From assembly GCA_030750665.1 (NCBI GenBank), contig JASMHR010000001.1, positions 1 to 60,920 of the forward strand: DNA of 60,920 nucleotides, given 5' to 3'. The notes under the pieces are model-generated. The model saw nothing but the letters and a program-made list of their open reading frames with translations, ran no database searches and was not told the DNA's origin. The stretch comes from Candidatus Poseidoniaceae archaeon. GTDB lineage: Archaea > Thermoplasmatota > Poseidoniia > Poseidoniales > Poseidoniaceae. How positions within the stretch are numbered: the first letter of the stretch is position 1; every line of letters starts with the position of its first letter. Position numbers and translations under genes: made by a program. Below are positions 15,308 to 25,376 of this stretch, in pieces.

Positions 15308-17365
15308 TCAAGAATCAGTGAAATTTGGCCTTCGATTCTCTATCAAGGCACTCAATCCTTCCAATGCATCATTGGTCCCGAAAATCACTTCCAACCCATC
15401 AAGTTCGGCTTTTAGACCTGAAACAAGTGCTTCTTCTGACTTGTCGATAAGGTCACTTGCCATTCTCAGGGCTATAGGGGCAGTTCTGCTCAATGCCCGA
15501 ATCTGCCTCATCACATTCTTGTCCTCTGCATCAAAACCTTCAGGACAACTTCCAGAAAGAAGGTTCTGGAGATTGCTATCAGCAAAGAAATTCTCAGCGA
15601 ATTCAACCACCTTGCTGGATGGATTTGCGGGCTTTCCGGGGTATTTATTGTCAGGTTTTCCAAGTGTGGTGATCAATGATGAGACCTCTGAAGGCTCTAC
15701 TAGGTGGGTGACCAGACCCAAATCTGAAGCAGTTCTTGCATCCATGAAGTTTCCAGCCAATACCGCCCAACGTGCAGCAGGAATTCCACAGATACGTGCA
15801 GGTCTTTGTGTCCCTCCAAGCCCAGGATAGATTCCAATACTGGTCTCTGGGAAACGGAATTGTGTTCTTCGAGTGCCGATGCGATGGTCACAAGCCAATG
15901 CCAGTTCCAACCCGCCTCCAAGTGCCAGTCCTGTTGTCAGGGCGATGGTGGTCTTTGGAGAATTCTCCAATTTACTCAACACTTTGTGTCCTCGTGCTGT
16001 GAATTCATAGATTTCATCGAAGGAATCAGCGCGAATCTTGTCAACGAAGAATTTCACATCTGCTCCAGCAACGAATGCTTTACCTGCACCCTCAAGAACG
16101 ATGGTTTTGACAGAATCATCATTGTTCAGAGCCTCTAGAAGAGTATCGAGTTGTTCTACCAAGTCCTCGTTGAGAGCATTCATCGCTTCTGGTCTGTTGA
16201 GTTGCACAGTAGCGATACCGTTGGAGATATTGGCATCCACGTGGCTGAATATGAAATTCTTACCACTGGCAACCTGTTCAGCAAGAAGAGATGGAAGTGT
16301 GAAGCCCGCTGAATCTGAATATGACTGTGCCATCTCAAAAGCTCGTTCAAGCCCTAGTCGATTGGCTAGTTCGAATGGACCTTCAGCCCATCTCAAGCCG
16401 ACCTTAGCGCCGCGGTCCACGTCTTCCATTGAGCAGACTCCTTCATCGACTATCTGGCAAGCGACTGCGAACACTTGGCCAAGCAAACGGTTGCTGATCG
16501 TCTTGGCTGCTTCATCAGAACACTCGCCATCTCCTTCGATATCCCACATTCTTCCTTCTGCAACCAAGTTGCGCAGGTTTTCAGCACCTGTGTAGCGAGG
16601 GCATTCCAGTTGTTCAGCGAGATAATCGGTCGAATGGAGAGCAATAGGAGGACCGGTGAGATTCATCAGTGCGAATGGCCCCATCCCGATTCTGAATGCA
16701 TCACAAGCAACAGCATCTATTTGAGCGGTACTTGCAACACCTTCCTCGAGTAGTCTGCAGGCTTCATTCAACCAAGGCACGAAGAATCGATTGACAACGA
16801 ATCCGGGGCGGTCTTTGCAGATGATAACGACTTTTCCAGAGGTCTTGCAGTATTGCTCAACCTTGGCTAATGATTCAGCACTGGTGGAAGATGCGGGAAT
16901 TATCTCAATCAATCTGTTCTTGGCTGGATGATAGAAGAAATGCAGACCGACGAAACGGTCAGGTCGACCGGTTGATTCTGCCAGTGCATCAACACTCAAT
17001 GATGAAGTGTTTGAAGCGAAGATGGTATGGTCTTCGCAGACTTCATTCAAGGTTGAGAATACGGCACTTTTGATATCGAAGTCTTCGAATACCGCCTCAA
17101 TGCAAAGGTCTGTTGAGGGCTCAACATTTTCCACTCCAACCACTCCAGTGATATTTGCTAGAATATCGTTGACTTGTGATTCTGAGAATATTCGACGTTC
17201 GACTGCCTCAGAGAGGAAATCAGCGATGATTCCTTGCCCCCGTTCCACCCATTGCTCTTCACGGTCCACCATCTGGACCTTGAATTGCTCTTGTGCAGAT
17301 TTCTGTGCAATTCCGGAACCCATGTTTCCAGCCCCTATCACTGCAACATTATCGATGGGTTCCAT
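15308..17365 (-). CDS. Fused 3-hydroxyacyl-CoA dehydrogenase (N-terminal) / enoyl-CoA hydratase (C-terminal), beta-oxidation multifunctional enzyme
   Basis: NAD-binding VAVIGAGNMGSGIAQ at the N-terminus. Crotonase fold at the C-terminus: VQLNRPEAMNALN...LEGAGKAFVAGADV...GGGLELALACD. The domain order (HAD then ECH) is the reverse of classical bacterial FadB. Confidence 0.9.
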   Translation of the reverse strand: MEPIDNVAVIGAGNMGSGIAQKSAQEQFKVQMVDREEQWVERGQGIIADFLSEAVERRIFSESQVNDILANITGVVGVENVEPSTDLCIEAVFEDFDIKSAVFSTLNEVCEDHTIFASNTSSLSVDALAESTGRPDRFVGLHFFYHPAKNRLIEIIPASSTSAESLAKVEQYCKTSGKVVIICKDRPGFVVNRFFVPWLNEACRLLEEGVASTAQIDAVACDAFRIGMGPFALMNLTGPPIALHSTDYLAEQLECPRYTGAENLRNLVAEGRMWDIEGDGECSDEAAKTISNRLLGQVFAVACQIVDEGVCSMEDVDRGAKVGLRWAEGPFELANRLGLERAFEMAQSYSDSAGFTLPSLLAEQVASGKNFIFSHVDANISNGIATVQLNRPEAMNALNEDLVEQLDTLLEALNNDDSVKTIVLEGAGKAFVAGADVKFFVDKIRADSFDEIYEFTARGHKVLSKLENSPKTTIALTTGLALGGGLELALACDHRIGTRRTQFRFPETSIGIYPGLGGTQRPARICGIPAARWAVLAGNFMDARTASDLGLVTHLVEPSEVSSLITTLGKPDNKYPGKPANPSSKVVEFAENFFADSNLQNLLSGSCPEGFDAEDKNVMRQIRALSRTAPIALRMASDLIDKSEEALVSGLKAELDGLEVIFGTNDALEGLSALIENRRPNFTDS

Positions 17366-17437
17366 GGGCTGGCGACTGGCGGCCCATTGATGAATACGAC
17401 GCTTCTTGGATTAGCGGAGAGCACGTAAAAACTGAAA

Positions 17438-17448
17438 GGATAATTATC
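17438..17448 (+). promoter_or_regulatory. Candidate TATA-like box for the ABC operon (leaderless-type spacing)
   Basis: GGATAATTATC is centred ~26 nt upstream of ATG 17469, in a 103-nt divergent intergenic region. Called from sequence pattern only. Confidence 0.3.
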
Positions 17449-17468
17449 ATCTGCTTCTCGGCCGACCT

Positions 17469-18197
17469 ATGACCATTCCAACATTGCTTGAAGTCACTCA
17501 ACTTCAGCGTGGCTTCGGAAGTGGTTCAGAGCGCCTTGAAGTGCTTAAAGGAATAGATATGGAGATTGTTCAAGGTGAACTGGTTGCATTGATGGGCCCA
17601 TCTGGTTGTGGAAAGTCAACACTCCTGAATATCATTGGAGGCCTTCTTGAAGGTGATTCTGGAGATATTCGGCTTGGAGAGATGTCATTTGGAACAGAGA
17701 AGCCAGCCCAGTTGGTTCAATTGAGGAGAGAAGGAGTAGGCTGGATCTTCCAGGATTTTCATTTATTGGCTCATCTGACAGCGCTGGATAATGTTGCTTT
17801 GGCATTGGAATTAGCAGGATTGGAAGCAGACGAAGCGGACCAACAGGCCAAGGAAGCATTGATCCGCGTTGGCCTTGAAGATAGAATAGACCATATTCCT
17901 GACCAGTTGTCTGGTGGACAGCAACAACGTGTTGCAATAGCTAGAGCGATTGCAGGTAATCGGAAGATGTTGTTGGCAGATGAACCTACAGGGAATCTGG
18001 ATATCGCTACTGGGGAAGATATCCTTCAATTGTTCAAAGAATTATGTCATCGCGAAGATGACCCATTATCCATTCTGATGGTTACTCATGATCCGAATTT
18101 GGCATCACAGGCAGATCGTATGCTTCTTCTCAAGGACGGAACAGTTGCAGCATCTGATATTCGCAGTGCATGGGGAATTGGAGGTGAGGAGGAATGA
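17469..18197 (+). CDS. ABC transporter ATP-binding protein (MacB/LolD-type), subunit 1
   Basis: Walker A GPSGCGKSTLL, Q-loop, signature [14 protein letters not shown], Walker B LLADEPTGNLD, H-loop VTHD. There is a 4-nt overlap with the permease gene. Confidence 0.92.
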   Translation: MTIPTLLEVTQLQRGFGSGSERLEVLKGIDMEIVQGELVALMGPSGCGKSTLLNIIGGLLEGDSGDIRLGEMSFGTEKPAQLVQLRREGVGWIFQDFHLLAHLTALDNVALALELAGLEADEADQQAKEALIRVGLEDRIDHIPDQLSGGQQQRVAIARAIAGNRKMLLADEPTGNLDIATGEDILQLFKELCHREDDPLSILMVTHDPNLASQADRMLLLKDGTVAASDIRSAWGIGGEEE

Positions 18198-21100
18198 AAC
18201 AACTCCGGAGTCTTTGGTCTCGAATAGAACGTACACCTGACAGCATGAGGTTAGCAGGTCTATCCGCTTGGAGAGGTAAGGAGAGAGGGCTGGCAGTTTT
18301 CGCAGGAGTATTTCTTGCAACATTGGTGATTACCACGGTTTTCGCTTATGGAATTGGGCTTTCTCAGATTTTCTTCCAATCTTCTTTGGAGAATGACCCT
18401 TACGATGCCAAGATTGACCTCGATGCTGAACCTTGGGAGAATAATTCTGGACGAACCAATGACACAGCCCTGTTCTCTTCAATATGTGACGACCTCATGT
18501 CCATGGAGGAGATTGCAGATTGTTCGATGATCTATGGAAGACAAGGAATACGAACCACGGGATTCTTTGATCAAGAGTTTGGTCGGGCTCAGCCATTGAA
18601 CATTGAATCTCTGATCAGCCCAGAAGGAGATTGGGACAATGTTTCCTTAGCATATCCCGAAGCCTTGGAAAGCGGCCCTCCAATCAACGGGGACCGGATA
18701 GTAAGAATTGCAGGACCGGGTTTGTTCGATGGTGAGTTCGCTGAGAGGCATGCTGAGCAGATTCTTTACGGAAGTTGGCCTACACCAGAGGAAGCTGCTG
18801 CAGTGAATGCTGTCGTGCTCCCATCACAACTGGCTAATCAAGCAGGAGCCAGAGTGAATCATACGATTGAAGAGATGACAATCTCATATGTCACTCAATC
18901 GATACGTCTTCCGGGAGAGATTGAAGATTGTTCTGGAACCATACAAGCCAGTGCGGTGGAATATCTGTATTGCAGGGAAGTGATGACAATTAGGAACATG
19001 ACGGTTGTTGGAATCTATGAAGAAGGGCTACTTGCAAATCCCACCTTGTTGTTCAATCCGATTTTCATCTCAGATTCAGTATTGACAGATTCCCAGCAGG
19101 TCATTTTGATGGATAATGATCATGGATATCTTGGAATTGCAGTCGACCGCAGTCAATTACCCACTTCTTCAACCAGTGAGGCTGCAGATTGGCTCACTGA
19201 CCTTGGTGAGAAGATCACAGACAAGAATTACACTTCTGAGGGACTTGAAGTAGTATATACCGATATCAGTGGTGGTACTATTATTTTCTTGAATATATAT
19301 CTTGGATTGATTCAGGTTTTCGATTATATTATCATGATTCCAATCGTGATATTATCGATTTCTGTATTGATCTATGGACTGATACTCTCGCTTGAACAGA
19401 GGCGCAGAGAGGTCTCAATCAATCGAGTGATGGGAGCGACTGCCACTGGATTGCAGAGGATGGTGCTGCTTGAGATATTCGTAATCGCTCTAGCCGGTTG
19501 GACCGCAGGATACCTGTTGGCAATGTGGTTGACGCCATTGGTTCTCGATGCGGTTGGCTTCATGTCGTTCCGTTCTGGTGATTTCGAGGTCGACCCTACC
19601 TTGAGCGTAGGAATGGTGTTCTTTGTCGCCATGTTGACAATAGGCCTAGCCATGTTGTTTGGCCGTTCGCGAACAAAGCAATATTTGGATATGGAGATTG
19701 AGGAAGGAGTTCGCAAGGTATCTACTGTTCGCGAACCACGGAGATGGTTGCATTGGTTGATGTTGAGCATAGGTATTCTAGCAATGTTTGAGAGTTGGAT
19801 TGAGGATGAGGAAGGGTTCGGACCTATCGGTCCTGATGGTCTTCTGGAGAATTTCTTCCTCGATAGTCTGGTGCTCATTTTTGGTCCCTTCTTATTGTGG
19901 ATTGGAGGAGCATTGGTTCTTGCTAGAATAGGTGCTTCGGGTCCGCGTCTGATGCGTGCGATGTTAGGCCGAACTCCATTGTTGAAGGATGTTCGGAGAG
20001 GGTTATCGACATCAAGTTCTTCTGAGGCGATATATCGGCTTGCAGTCATCATGTTACTGACTCTGTCAATAGTGACACTTGCAGCAGTTCAAGGATTCAC
20101 AGGAACATTGGTCGATGAAAGAACTGCAAGTCTACAGACAGGTTCTGATATCCAAGTTCAATTCAATGTTCCATTGACTGAGAATGAGACTCGAGAGGCA
20201 TTAGCGACGGCATTCACTTCTGTAGATTTGAGCGAACCCGCAGACATAGCCATGCTGACCACTGTTCCATTATTGCTGACCAATGAACAAGGTGAGGATA
20301 CGAATTATCTGACTTGGGTCTTGATGGAGAACAATGATGATGTGTTGATGTGGGATTCTCAGTCGATACCTGGTGGTGATGTGAAACAGTTCCAAGATGC
20401 AATATCCAGCGGATATTTCACTTCTGGGAGAGATGTTTCTCGAGACATTGATGTCCCCGACTCCAAGCAGATTCGAAATAGAGATGGTGCAGGCGATTGG
20501 CAGGGCGATGCCGAGGAAGAATTCCTTGTGACACTTGAGTACAATGAAATCAATGTCTTGATAGGTAATGACACTGGAGAAGAGGAATTGGACCTCATGC
20601 TTCTGTTCTCTCTTCTGGATTCAGTCAACAACATGAGTGACATGGATTTCTCCAATGATGATTTCTCTAATAGGGATCTGGGAATGTTCAATCTAACAAT
20701 GACTGATTTCTCTGGTGCAGACTTGTCTGGCGCCAATCTTTCTGGTGCAATTCTCGTATTGACAGACCTTCGTGGTGCGAATCTGTCTGGCGCCAATCTT
20801 TCTGGTGCAGCGATTCTTGCAATGGACCCTAGCAATCCATTTGAGAGTTTGTTAGAGGGCGCTGATTTGACTGGTGCTGATTTGACTGGCGCTTGGGGGC
20901 TGGGTAATCTGTTATCAGCAACACAGTCGAATGAGACAATTTGTCCATCAGGAGAACCTGCAAACGAAACAGGTTGTTCCTTCCCACCAGAATTGAATAT
21001 TCCACTTGAAATCGCTATGGAGTTAGGTAGCGGGATGCAGTTTGACGTGGAAATAGTGACTCGAAATGCTACCGTGAAATATGCCGGCATTCATTCTTGG

Positions 21101-21799
21101 GTCCCGGGCCTTTCCTCCGCTGAAGCAAGTCAAGCATTGATTATTGGAGAGACAACTTGGAGGCAATTGGTAGGTGAAGAAGCAGCCGCCTCATTGAATC
21201 AGACGAGATGGTTCATCAATTTAGGAAGCCTTGCAGATGAGGATGATGGAGAAACATTACGAAAGGTACGAGCGGCTTTGGAGGCCGACACCCGAGTTTC
21301 CAGCGTGGTCGATTGGTCGAGTACTCACAGAGATGTGGAACGTAATGGTGGATTGATATTTGGAACACCAGGGTTGTTGAGTCTACAGTTCGTTGTTGCA
21401 TCGATGGCCAGTATCGCTTCAGCATTCGTCTTCCTCTCATTGGTTTTGAGCCAGAAAAAGAAGGACCTCGCCATTCTACAAGCCATTGGAGCAAGTCCAA
21501 ATCAAGTCATCAGATTGACACTGTTTGAGATTCTATCTATTGTTCTGGTCAGCATGGTTCTAGGTGTGATTCTAGGTGTTGGCATTTCTCGAGCATTCAA
21601 CGGATTCTTTGCAATATTTGGATTCATCTTCCAGATATTTGGAGGTACCAGCACTCCGATAAATCGTGAATTGATCTGGCCATGGTGGGAATTGTTGTTG
21701 GTCAATGGAACCGTGATGTTGGTTGTGGTGGTGGCACTCTTCTTCACCACTCGTAGAGCATTGAAGGCGGACCTTTCCATGGTTCTGAAGGGGGAGTGA
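18194..21799 (+). CDS. Giant (1201 aa) ABC permease with two FtsX-type modules (~10 TM) and two large extracytoplasmic domains; the second contains pentapeptide repeats
   Basis: TM1 is followed by a ~300-aa loop and then an FtsX-like 3-TM bundle (aa ~370-500). More TMs and a ~430-aa loop follow, containing DFSGADLSGANLSGAILVLTDLRGANLSGANLSGA...GADLTGADLTGA. A C-terminal FtsX-like bundle (aa ~1075-1195) ends the protein. Confidence 0.85.
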   Translation: MKQLRSLWSRIERTPDSMRLAGLSAWRGKERGLAVFAGVFLATLVITTVFAYGIGLSQIFFQSSLENDPYDAKIDLDAEPWENNSGRTNDTALFSSICDDLMSMEEIADCSMIYGRQGIRTTGFFDQEFGRAQPLNIESLISPEGDWDNVSLAYPEALESGPPINGDRIVRIAGPGLFDGEFAERHAEQILYGSWPTPEEAAAVNAVVLPSQLANQAGARVNHTIEEMTISYVTQSIRLPGEIEDCSGTIQASAVEYLYCREVMTIRNMTVVGIYEEGLLANPTLLFNPIFISDSVLTDSQQVILMDNDHGYLGIAVDRSQLPTSSTSEAADWLTDLGEKITDKNYTSEGLEVVYTDISGGTIIFLNIYLGLIQVFDYIIMIPIVILSISVLIYGLILSLEQRRREVSINRVMGATATGLQRMVLLEIFVIALAGWTAGYLLAMWLTPLVLDAVGFMSFRSGDFEVDPTLSVGMVFFVAMLTIGLAMLFGRSRTKQYLDMEIEEGVRKVSTVREPRRWLHWLMLSIGILAMFESWIEDEEGFGPIGPDGLLENFFLDSLVLIFGPFLLWIGGALVLARIGASGPRLMRAMLGRTPLLKDVRRGLSTSSSSEAIYRLAVIMLLTLSIVTLAAVQGFTGTLVDERTASLQTGSDIQVQFNVPLTENETREALATAFTSVDLSEPADIAMLTTVPLLLTNEQGEDTNYLTWVLMENNDDVLMWDSQSIPGGDVKQFQDAISSGYFTSGRDVSRDIDVPDSKQIRNRDGAGDWQGDAEEEFLVTLEYNEINVLIGNDTGEEELDLMLLFSLLDSVNNMSDMDFSNDDFSNRDLGMFNLTMTDFSGADLSGANLSGAILVLTDLRGANLSGANLSGAAILAMDPSNPFESLLEGADLTGADLTGAWGLGNLLSATQSNETICPSGEPANETGCSFPPELNIPLEIAMELGSGMQFDVEIVTRNATVKYAGIHSWVPGLSSAEASQALIIGETTWRQLVGEEAAASLNQTRWFINLGSLADEDDGETLRKVRAALEADTRVSSVVDWSSTHRDVERNGGLIFGTPGLLSLQFVVASMASIASAFVFLSLVLSQKKKDLAILQAIGASPNQVIRLTLFEILSIVLVSMVLGVILGVGISRAFNGFFAIFGFIFQIFGGTSTPINRELIWPWWELLLVNGTVMLVVVVALFFTTRRALKADLSMVLKGE
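20714..20809 (+). repeat. Coding direct repeat within the pentapeptide-repeat segment
   Basis: An exact 26-nt copy TGTCTGGCGCCAATCTTTCTGGTGCA occurs at 20724-20749 and 20784-20809, exactly 60 nt (20 codons = 4 pentapeptide units) apart. Confidence 0.85.
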
Positions 21800-21801
21800 A
21801 G

Positions 21802-22794
21802 ATGACTGTGGAAGATATTCTGGTGGCTGATTACCTCTATCACATCTACGAATCCAAGGCTGAAGATGGGAATGTAGTCGCTCTTCGAGGATTACATTGT
21901 AGAGTGAAGAAGGGCGAAGCAGTTGCAGTGGTTGGCCCATCAGGTTCGGGGAAATCCACGTTGTTGAAATGTCTTGGAGGATTGATGAAACCTTCCTCAG
22001 GTTTCGTATCATTGGCTGGTAATAACATGACTAGATTGACTGGAAAAGAGTTGGTTGAGTTGAGGCAACGTACCGTTTCATTCATTTTCCAAGAAGGAAA
22101 TCTACTACCCAATCTTTCAGCATTGGATAATGTCGCTCAACCTCTCAGACATCAAGGCGTTTCCCCGAGAATCGCTAAAGCGAAGGCTAGAGAGATGTTG
22201 AAGGATCTATCAATGGAACATAGGGCAAAAGCCCGTCCTGCCATGTTGAGTGGTGGAGAGCAACAGAGAGTAGCCATAGCAAGGGCCCTGATCACTGAAC
22301 CGAAACTGATTCTTGCGGATGAACCAACAGGCGCTCTGGATCCTGTGACCAGTGTACAAGTACTCGACATCTTCAAGGAATTACATGAGAAGAAAGAAGT
22401 GGCTTTCTTGATAGTCACTCATAGCAGAGAAGTTGCTGATTTCGCAGATAGAATCCTTGAATTGAGGGATGGAAGATTCGTTGCACAGCGAGGTGGCGAT
22501 GTGGATCTATCAGACCTTGAAGCAGGGGAGAGAGAGATATTCATGGATGAGTTGGGAACCTTGAATCTACCCCCAGATATTGTTCTTCAGATGGGTGGGA
22601 GTGGTTCATACAGGGTAGATGAGTTGACAACTGGTAAACTCACTCTGGTCAATGTTGACACTTCGACCCTCAACTCAGTTGATTCTGTATTAAGGTTGGT
22701 TGATGATTGTCCAGCCTGTGGTTTCACTTATTCCAATGAAGAGACGTTACTGTGTCCGGAATGCGGTTCCAGTAGGCCGAAGGTCAGTGCTTGA
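21802..22794 (+). CDS. ABC transporter ATP-binding protein, subunit 2, with a ~100-aa C-terminal extension ending in a zinc ribbon
   Basis: Walker [12 protein letters not shown], signature [14 protein letters not shown], Walker [13 protein letters not shown]-loop VTHS. C-terminal [21 protein letters not shown]. The start is ATG 21802 (GGGGGAG lies upstream) or GTG 21796 overlapping the permease stop. Confidence 0.9.
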   Translation: MTVEDILVADYLYHIYESKAEDGNVVALRGLHCRVKKGEAVAVVGPSGSGKSTLLKCLGGLMKPSSGFVSLAGNNMTRLTGKELVELRQRTVSFIFQEGNLLPNLSALDNVAQPLRHQGVSPRIAKAKAREMLKDLSMEHRAKARPAMLSGGEQQRVAIARALITEPKLILADEPTGALDPVTSVQVLDIFKELHEKKEVAFLIVTHSREVADFADRILELRDGRFVAQRGGDVDLSDLEAGEREIFMDELGTLNLPPDIVLQMGGSGSYRVDELTTGKLTLVNVDTSTLNSVDSVLRLVDDCPACGFTYSNEETLLCPECGSSRPKVSA

Positions 22795-24049
22795 GCGCCG
22801 CTTCCAAGCGGTCCATTGCTGCTTCGATATCATCACACCCGACCGCACCGACTGAGATTCGGAACCAGCCACTCTCCTCTTCGAGTCCAAAGGCTTGGAA
22901 TGGAACCACTGCGATACCAACTTCATTCAGTAGCCACAGCCTGATTTCCTCATTTGTTTTCGCTCCAATCTTGTCGAAGAGGTTGAATCTTGTGCTGAGA
23001 TAGATGCCTCCTTGCGGCTCCACGAAATCAACAAGAGGTCGCATCTCTGACAACCTGCGTTTCAGGATTTCCATACGCACATGAATCCTTTCATCAAGGT
23101 CGGAGAAATAGGCATCAAGGCCATCATGGTCTTCGAACAATCCTGCAACTGCTGCCTGAATTGGCCGTGCAGGCCATGCTCCCATGTGCCCTATCAGCGC
23201 CACTACAGGAGCCGCCAAAGATGGTGGTATGGCCATCCACCCCAGTCGTAATCCCGTTCCAGTGAGTGATTTTGAGATTGCATCCAAAGTGACCGTGTAG
23301 TCGAACATCTCCTGTCTCAATTGAACTGGATGAACATGTTCTACACCAGGCGCAGTCATCGTGGCATAGACTTGATCATAAATCAACATGACAGGCTTTT
23401 GACCATCATTCCTACGTTCTGCGTTCTCGTGGAGTATCACATCACAGATGGCTCCGAGTTCTTCTGCGCTGAAACATGTGCCAGTCGGATTCAGAGGTGA
23501 ATTCAGAATCAGTACTCGGATTCGATGAATTTCTTTTTCCAACTGTGCTGCAGTAGGTAGAAAACGTGATTCTGCATTACCTACCAGCGGAATACCCTCT
23601 GAGTCATTGAGATGCACGTAGTAGTGGTTATTCCATGCTGGAACACCATATGCGAAGCCATCGCCTGGTTCTAGGAACAACCTGAATGAGGCGTACAGGA
23701 CTGGTCTGGCTCCAGAACCAACGATGATTCCTTCAGCACCAACATCGAGTTCGTATCTTTGCTTCATCCATTCAGCCAGAGCCGTTCTCAATTCTGCCAG
23801 TCCTGCTGCTGGAGGATAGTTGGTCTGACCTTCATCTAGAGCCTGATGGGCGAGTTCCACAAATTTTTGTGGTACTTCAAAGTGAAGTGGAGAAAAATCT
23901 CCCACTGTGAAAGGTGCAACCTCTTTTCCTTCAGCGATCATCTTTCGCACACTGCCAGCAATGGAAAGGATACGACTTCCCTCCATGTTCTGAGCCATTT
24001 CGGATAACCTTTCATCCTCCATGTCGCCGTGCAAGCGTGAACAGTTCAT
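22784..24049 (-). CDS. Class I/II pyridoxal-phosphate aminotransferase (aspartate/aromatic aminotransferase-like)
   Basis: LNSPLNPTG motif and the PLP-lysine region DAISKSLTGTGLRLGW. Length is ~400 aa. Confidence 0.85.
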   Translation of the reverse strand: MNCSRLHGDMEDERLSEMAQNMEGSRILSIAGSVRKMIAEGKEVAPFTVGDFSPLHFEVPQKFVELAHQALDEGQTNYPPAAGLAELRTALAEWMKQRYELDVGAEGIIVGSGARPVLYASFRLFLEPGDGFAYGVPAWNNHYYVHLNDSEGIPLVGNAESRFLPTAAQLEKEIHRIRVLILNSPLNPTGTCFSAEELGAICDVILHENAERRNDGQKPVMLIYDQVYATMTAPGVEHVHPVQLRQEMFDYTVTLDAISKSLTGTGLRLGWMAIPPSLAAPVVALIGHMGAWPARPIQAAVAGLFEDHDGLDAYFSDLDERIHVRMEILKRRLSEMRPLVDFVEPQGGIYLSTRFNLFDKIGAKTNEEIRLWLLNEVGIAVVPFQAFGLEEESGWFRISVGAVGCDDIEAAMDRLEAALKH

Positions 24050-24068
24050 GACCTCTCCTGAAATCCAT

Positions 24069-25376
24069 TCAGGCGTGTTTCATGCAATCTTCAAGCAATC
24101 TCTGTAAAGCATCGGCTTGAACTTTGAGAGTGAAACCCTTCTCTACATATGAGCGTCCATTCTTTGCCCATTCCTTCCTTGCCGAAGGCTCTTTGGCAGT
24201 TTTGTAAGCATTATTCCATGCGTGTTCATCTCCACGCGGTAGAAGTAGCCCTGAATTGGCCTTGCTCATCGTATTATGAAACCCGCCCTCATCCACGAAT
24301 AATGCAGGGGTTCCAACCAACATCGCTTCAAGAGGAGTGAGTCCAAACGGTTCTCCATGGGCATGTGAGACCATTGCAACTGCTCCACGGACCAATTTTC
24401 TGAGTTGTGGTAATTCCAACCGAGGCATACACTTCAATGGGACTCCCAGCCTATTCGCTTCTGCCTGCAAGAGTTTCTTGTCTTTCTCATCCCCTCCGCC
24501 TATCTGTACCATTCCTAGCCCTGTACCTTTCAGAGATTGCAGAGTCTCCCAAGTTCCTTTGGCATGCGAGATGCGCCCCACTGTAGTCACATATTCATCA
24601 GCGACAGAGGGAAAGGAGATGTGCTCATCATCCTCATTTTCGGGCCAATCTGAGAGGTCTACCACATGCATCAGTACAGTAGGGCCACCGCACAATCCAT
24701 TATTGCGAGATGCAGGTTCTCCATTTTCCAGTTCGGAGTCATGTTTGAGGCCATAGATTCTAGAAAGTTGAGATTGAATCCAATGGCTGTTCCCACTGAT
24801 GGCTGTACCTCGTCGAGAAAGTAGTCCGTTTACCAGAGAGATGTCATTATTGCGTTGCTTTCTGAAAAGGAATCTACTGATCCAACCTGGGCGTTTCAGA
24901 GTTCCATCGATTCGTTTGTGCAGTACATCTTCGTGTAACCAACGTGGAGGCTCAAGGCAGTGGTAATGGATTCCAATACCTTGAGGTATCAGGGGTAGGA
25001 TCTCAAGGCTCCCGCGAGAAACTGAGAGGTGGACAACGTCTGTTGAAGCAATGGCTTCTCTCAAACCAGAGATGCCACCCCATTCCTTGGTTGCGGCCTT
25101 TGACTCAGTGCCTCTTATCTCGGCTGATGCGCCGCTAGGTGGAGTGTAGGTCTTATCAGGTTTCAAAATCCTGATATCGAGACCAGCAGCCAGTTCTTGC
25201 GCATGCTTTGGGAATTGTAACGTAGCAAGTGTCAGGTCCCACCTTTTCGACCATTCTCTGAACACGGTCAACAATTCTCTTTCCGCACCCCCCAAAGAAG
25301 CGAACGAAGCGCGTACAACAAGCAACTTCAGTCGCCCATCGTCAGTGGCCATATCTGCGCGAGGTTGCCCATCCAC
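24069..25376 (-). CDS. Glycosyltransferase, GT4-like (GT-B fold)
   Basis: C-terminal EX7E-type region VSHAHGEPFGLTPLEAMLVGTPALFVDEGG. An alternative start is MATDDGRLKLLVV at ~25352. Confidence 0.8.
   Translation of the reverse strand: MDGQPRADMATDDGRLKLLVVRASFASLGGAERELLTVFREWSKRWDLTLATLQFPKHAQELAAGLDIRILKPDKTYTPPSGASAEIRGTESKAATKEWGGISGLREAIASTDVVHLSVSRGSLEILPLIPQGIGIHYHCLEPPRWLHEDVLHKRIDGTLKRPGWISRFLFRKQRNNDISLVNGLLSRRGTAISGNSHWIQSQLSRIYGLKHDSELENGEPASRNNGLCGGPTVLMHVVDLSDWPENEDDEHISFPSVADEYVTTVGRISHAKGTWETLQSLKGTGLGMVQIGGGDEKDKKLLQAEANRLGVPLKCMPRLELPQLRKLVRGAVAMVSHAHGEPFGLTPLEAMLVGTPALFVDEGGFHNTMSKANSGLLLPRGDEHAWNNAYKTAKEPSARKEWAKNGRSYVEKGFTLKVQADALQRLLEDCMKHA

Noticed and set aside
14997-15830. 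277-aa plus-strand ORF spanning the HxlR gene, the intergenic region and the start of the FadB-like gene
   Set aside because: It crosses two well-supported minus-strand genes and their spacer. Its composition is that of a shadow ORF (S/A/R/P-rich).
20714-20809. Regularly spaced (60-nt) direct repeats that might be taken for a mini CRISPR array
   Set aside because: There are only two copies, they lie in frame inside a coding pentapeptide-repeat region, and the 'spacer' is itself repeat-related. No leader or cas genes are present. I saw no CRISPR array anywhere in the window.
19372-21090. Two long minus-strand ORFs (19372-20052 and 20359-21090), antisense to the ABC permease
   Set aside because: These are shadow ORFs opposite a 1201-aa gene with clear FtsX and pentapeptide features. 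The 243-aa ORF's APERLAPD-like repeats are just the reverse complement of the pentapeptide-repeat codons.
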